A stretch of 64,000 nucleotides of DNA. Source: the human T2T-CHM13v2.0 reference genome, Homo sapiens. A model generated the notes under the pieces. It searched no databases, had not been told where the DNA came from, and saw only the letters and a program-made list of their open reading frames with translations. This document shows, piece after piece, positions 59,031 to 64,000 of the stretch (positions are counted from its first letter, which is position 1; each line of letters opens with the position of its first letter). Made by a program: the position numbers and the translations under genes. Location of the stretch: the NCBI RefSeq assembly GCF_009914755.1, contig NC_060931.1; one strand, written 5' to 3'.

Positions 59031-59738
59031 TTTGTTTCCTTCTCTACCATCTTTCCTCCCCAACCCATAAATGCCATTCCACTGCTTTAATTAAAAGACA
59101 GAAGGGGCATAATTGCCTAACTGTTCAATTCTTTAATTCCTATGTTATAATTTTGTTCCTATATTATTAATTTAATTCATAAAGTACAAATTATTTAGAA
59201 ATGCTGTTCTTTGTTACCACTGTCTTGTCTGTACTGTATGCATGCTAAATGGAAAGGAAATGAGGTGTATAGCCTGCCCCTTCCATCTTGTCTTATTAGC
59301 TGTGATCAATGAGCCGGCCTCCTTATTGTGCCTGTCATTTTGCCTCAGAGCCTCCTCAGTGTTTTTCCTTTATAGTTTCATTTAATCTTGATGCACAAAT
59401 TAGGTATGGATTGCAACTTTTCACTTCATCACCAGTATCAACATTGATGTATAGGCAGCCCTGTTCGCCAAAAATGGATCTTGTGATTTAAAAATGCACA
59501 TTAATTAGCATTTGCTTTTAATGAGTCATTGGTGATGAGGCATATTAATTGAATCGTGAAATGCTTATCTCAGGTCTACAACGTGCAAATTAGTTGATTC
59601 ACAATTAATTGAAAAATCTCTGATCTTAAAATTTGGACAATTATACATGGTAAGCGCTTCTAAAAAACAGAATCTAAAACCTGAGCTATAAAAACAGGGA
59701 CTTAGACTTTCAATTCTATATGTTTAATAGTTATTCCT

Positions 59739-60036
59739 GGCTAGGCGTGGCAGCTCACACCTGTAATCCCAGCACTTTGGGAGGCTGAGGTGGTTGGACT
59801 GCCTGAGGTCAAGAGTTTGAAACTAGCCTGGCCAACACGGTGAAACCTCATCTCTAATAAAAATACAAAAATTAGCTGGGTGTGGTGGTACACACTTGTA
59901 ATCCCAGCTACTTGGGAAGCTGAAGCAGGAAAATTACTTGAACCTGGGAGGTTGAGGTTGCAGTGAGCCAAGATCATGCCACTGTACTCCCACTTGAGCA
60001 AAACAGTGAGGCTCCATCTCAAAACACACAAAAAAA
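59739..60036 (+). mobile_element. Alu (AluS-like)
   Basis: full dimer; TSD aatagttattcct. Confidence 0.94.
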
Positions 60037-60721
60037 TAGTTATTCCTCTCAGATTGCTAATAATTAGCAGCTCATGACAATGACAAAGTATATTCCTTAT
60101 AAGACTGTAGAAATATTAAGACTATTTGTAAGAAAAATATTCAAAAAGTCAGAGCAATCTCTATTTTCATAAACCATTGCGTGTAATTTTTCAGAGGTAA
60201 TTATTTTATATTTTAAGTGTTTACAATGGAAATGTATTTAACTGAAGATGAGTTTAAAATTATTTTTTTCTGATGTCCAGTTCAGCATAGAGCACCTGAG
60301 TACCAGAAATATGTTTGTTTTCTGTATCTGTCAGTGTATGAGGTCATACAGTTAGTTCTCAGTGAGTTGACTGTTTCGGCTCTACATAAACAAATAAAAT
60401 GTGTCTTTTGCAATCTTATGTACTCTACAAATAATGAAAGAATAACGTAACTATGTATATACCTTTAATTTTTAAAGTTGTATTTATACAGTGTGATGCT
60501 TTATGATTTTGTAAGCTCAAAAATTATGACTAGATAATTAACTCAAGATAGAGCCGTCAGCTGCTTACTTTCAGAATTTTAGGTTGCCTAGAAGTTTGAA
60601 GAGTAAAAGGCCGAAATGCATACATGGAGGATTACTGATATATAACTTTTAAAAAATATTTAAGAAACTGAAACAATAGAGACACATTACATAAGTGAGA
60701 CTAGTCAGTGATTCCAAAACA

Positions 60722-61291
60722 CAGCAGTGCCCTTCTAATTTCCAAGACCCCCAGTGGATGCCTGAAACCTCAGATAGTACCAAACCCAATATAAACTGTG
60801 CGTGGATTTCTCTTTCTTTTTCTACAGTTACATGGATGGAAGATTCGTTCTAACTGTAGATCCTAGCAACCTCAGTATATGATATTTTTCTTTCCTTATT
60901 AAGTGGAGAACTTTCACCTCTTCACTTAAATGACGCACTTCATGGCTTTTCTTTGGCGTATTTGAATTGCAAGCATCACTACACTTGTACTTTGGTGCCC
61001 TAAAGAAGAAAAATAAGAGCTTTTTGAACGCAAGCACTATGATACTGTGATAGTCGATCTGATAACCTACAAGGCTACTAAGTGACTAATGGGTGGGGAG
61101 CATCTACAACATTGGACAAAGAGATGATTCATGTCCCAAGGTGTGAGATTTCATCATGCTACTTAGGTGCACCATTTAAAACTTATGAATTGTTTATTTC
61201 TGGAATTTTCTATTGAATATTTTTGGACCGTAGTTGACTGCAGGTAACTGAAACCACAGAAAACAAAATTATGGGTAAGGGGGGACTGTTG
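60722..61291 (+). mobile_element. MER44/Tigger-family DNA transposon fossil
   Basis: ttccaagacccccagtggatgcctgaaacc...caggtaactgaaacca...taaggggggactgttgta. Confidence 0.82.
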
Positions 61292-61419
61292 TACATTCCA
61301 ATATGGAAACTCTGATTAAGTTAGGAGATGTTGCCAATGAGATGATAAAAAATATACAGTGGCTGTATATTTTAGCTTTAAATACTTTGTTTTCAGCTTT
61401 TATGCCCACTACATTTTTA

Positions 61420-63003
<1,584 letters not shown>

Positions 63004-63044
63004 TTAAGGCATCTTTCTTTCTTAAAAAAAAAAAAAACCTTTAT

Positions 63045-63545
63045 GTGGTGTTATTGGCTAATTCACCTTCAGCCATTCTACGCCCTTCTAGGTCCCAACA
63101 TTCTCAAACTATGTTTCTCACATCCTGTTGTCAGCTGGCTTTCCATTAGGTTCTGCTAATAGGAGACATTGTTCCATTGTTGGAGGATTGGGAAGTCCGG
63201 TTTCTGGGAGATTTCCAGCAGTGCAATAGTGGTAACAGCACTGTCAGCCGTGGAGGTGGGAAAGGATCTTGGCACCTAAGCTTTCAGCAGCAGCCTCCTG
63301 TGCTACAGCTCACACAGTCAGGCTGTGGCAGGCAGCTGGAAGCTTGCAGCATAGCACCAGGACCTCTGGGTAGCGCTTCTGCTCTGGCAGCTCAAGGTGG
63401 TATTGATTTCCTGCAGTTACTAATCTTTGAGTGACTTTACCTTGTTCACTTTGGTTTCTTAAGTAACTTCTACCACCTGTGTAACCAATTTCTCTTTTAA
63501 ATGTCTTATTTTTGAAATATCTAGAGTGGTTCCTATTTTCTGATA
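63045..63545 (+). mobile_element. ERVL LTR (LTR33-like)
   Basis: cagctggctttccattaggttctgctaataggagac...cctgtgtaaccaatt...tttgaaatatctagagtggttcct. Confidence 0.6.
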
Positions 63546-64000
63546 AGTTTCTAATGTAATGTGTTCAACTCCACATTTAAGTATCATTCATTACCTGTTA
63601 ATGTGTCCCAATTTCAGGATATTAATGTACTCTTTGAATGTTGCCTGAAGTAACACATTTCCAACCAAAATGAAATTGTAACCTTGGGCATTGGACTTGA
63701 TTCTGAATCTTCTTCAGAGGAGTCAAGATAATAAGATACATTGGCCAGGAATATTCGTGTGAGGAAATCAAAATTGATGGCGCAAACTGCTGCCATGGAC
63801 CATCCAAAGTATACTTTATTTAATCTGCTATGGGGGATGTGGAAGGCAGAAATTTATAGGCACCTAAGTGTCTTTCTGTCTAGCTGTACCCCATGTTGTT
63901 CCTAGCTGTGTAACACATCACTCAAGCAATAGTCAGAAAACTGGCTGAAGGCAAGGGACCTCTTCGTAACAGGCACTGGAGAGGAGATAAATAGCTAGAG

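Noticed and set aside
63614-63824. Minus-strand acidic ORF (YYLDSSEEDSESS) with a possible acceptor
   Set aside because: Donor (AAG|GTTACA) is weak and I recognise no homology

Overview
Primate (human-like) non-coding DNA, either intronic or intergenic. I find no host protein-coding exon, rRNA, tRNA or CRISPR feature, and I cannot name the locus. The window is dense in interspersed repeats: about 22 Alu copies (J, S and Y; many with readable target-site duplications, TSDs), several L1PA 3' ends, old L1M/L2/MIR fragments, MaLR/ERV LTRs (MLT1, MST, MER21, MER67/31-like, LTR33-like) and DNA-transposon fossils (MER58, MER20, MER3, MER44/Tigger, MADE2). The only real protein homology in the ORF track is a C-terminal L1 ORF2p fragment (61726-62958, minus strand). 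The notable signal is a cluster of locally templated duplications that repeat annotation does not explain: two long inverted duplications (~450 bp arms at 5.1/6.7 kb; ~285 bp arms at 56.5/57.0 kb), a 32-bp pre-miRNA-sized hairpin at 45.6 kb, a 170-bp tandem duplication whose junction was copied from 1.3 kb downstream, a dispersed 130-bp duplication and several smaller templated scars. There are also unusual L1 integrations: twin-priming inversion plus 3' transduction, re-use of the same target site, and a ~28-bp micro-insertion. Repeat subfamily names come from memory of consensus sequences and boundaries of old repeats are approximate. Identities were counted by eye.
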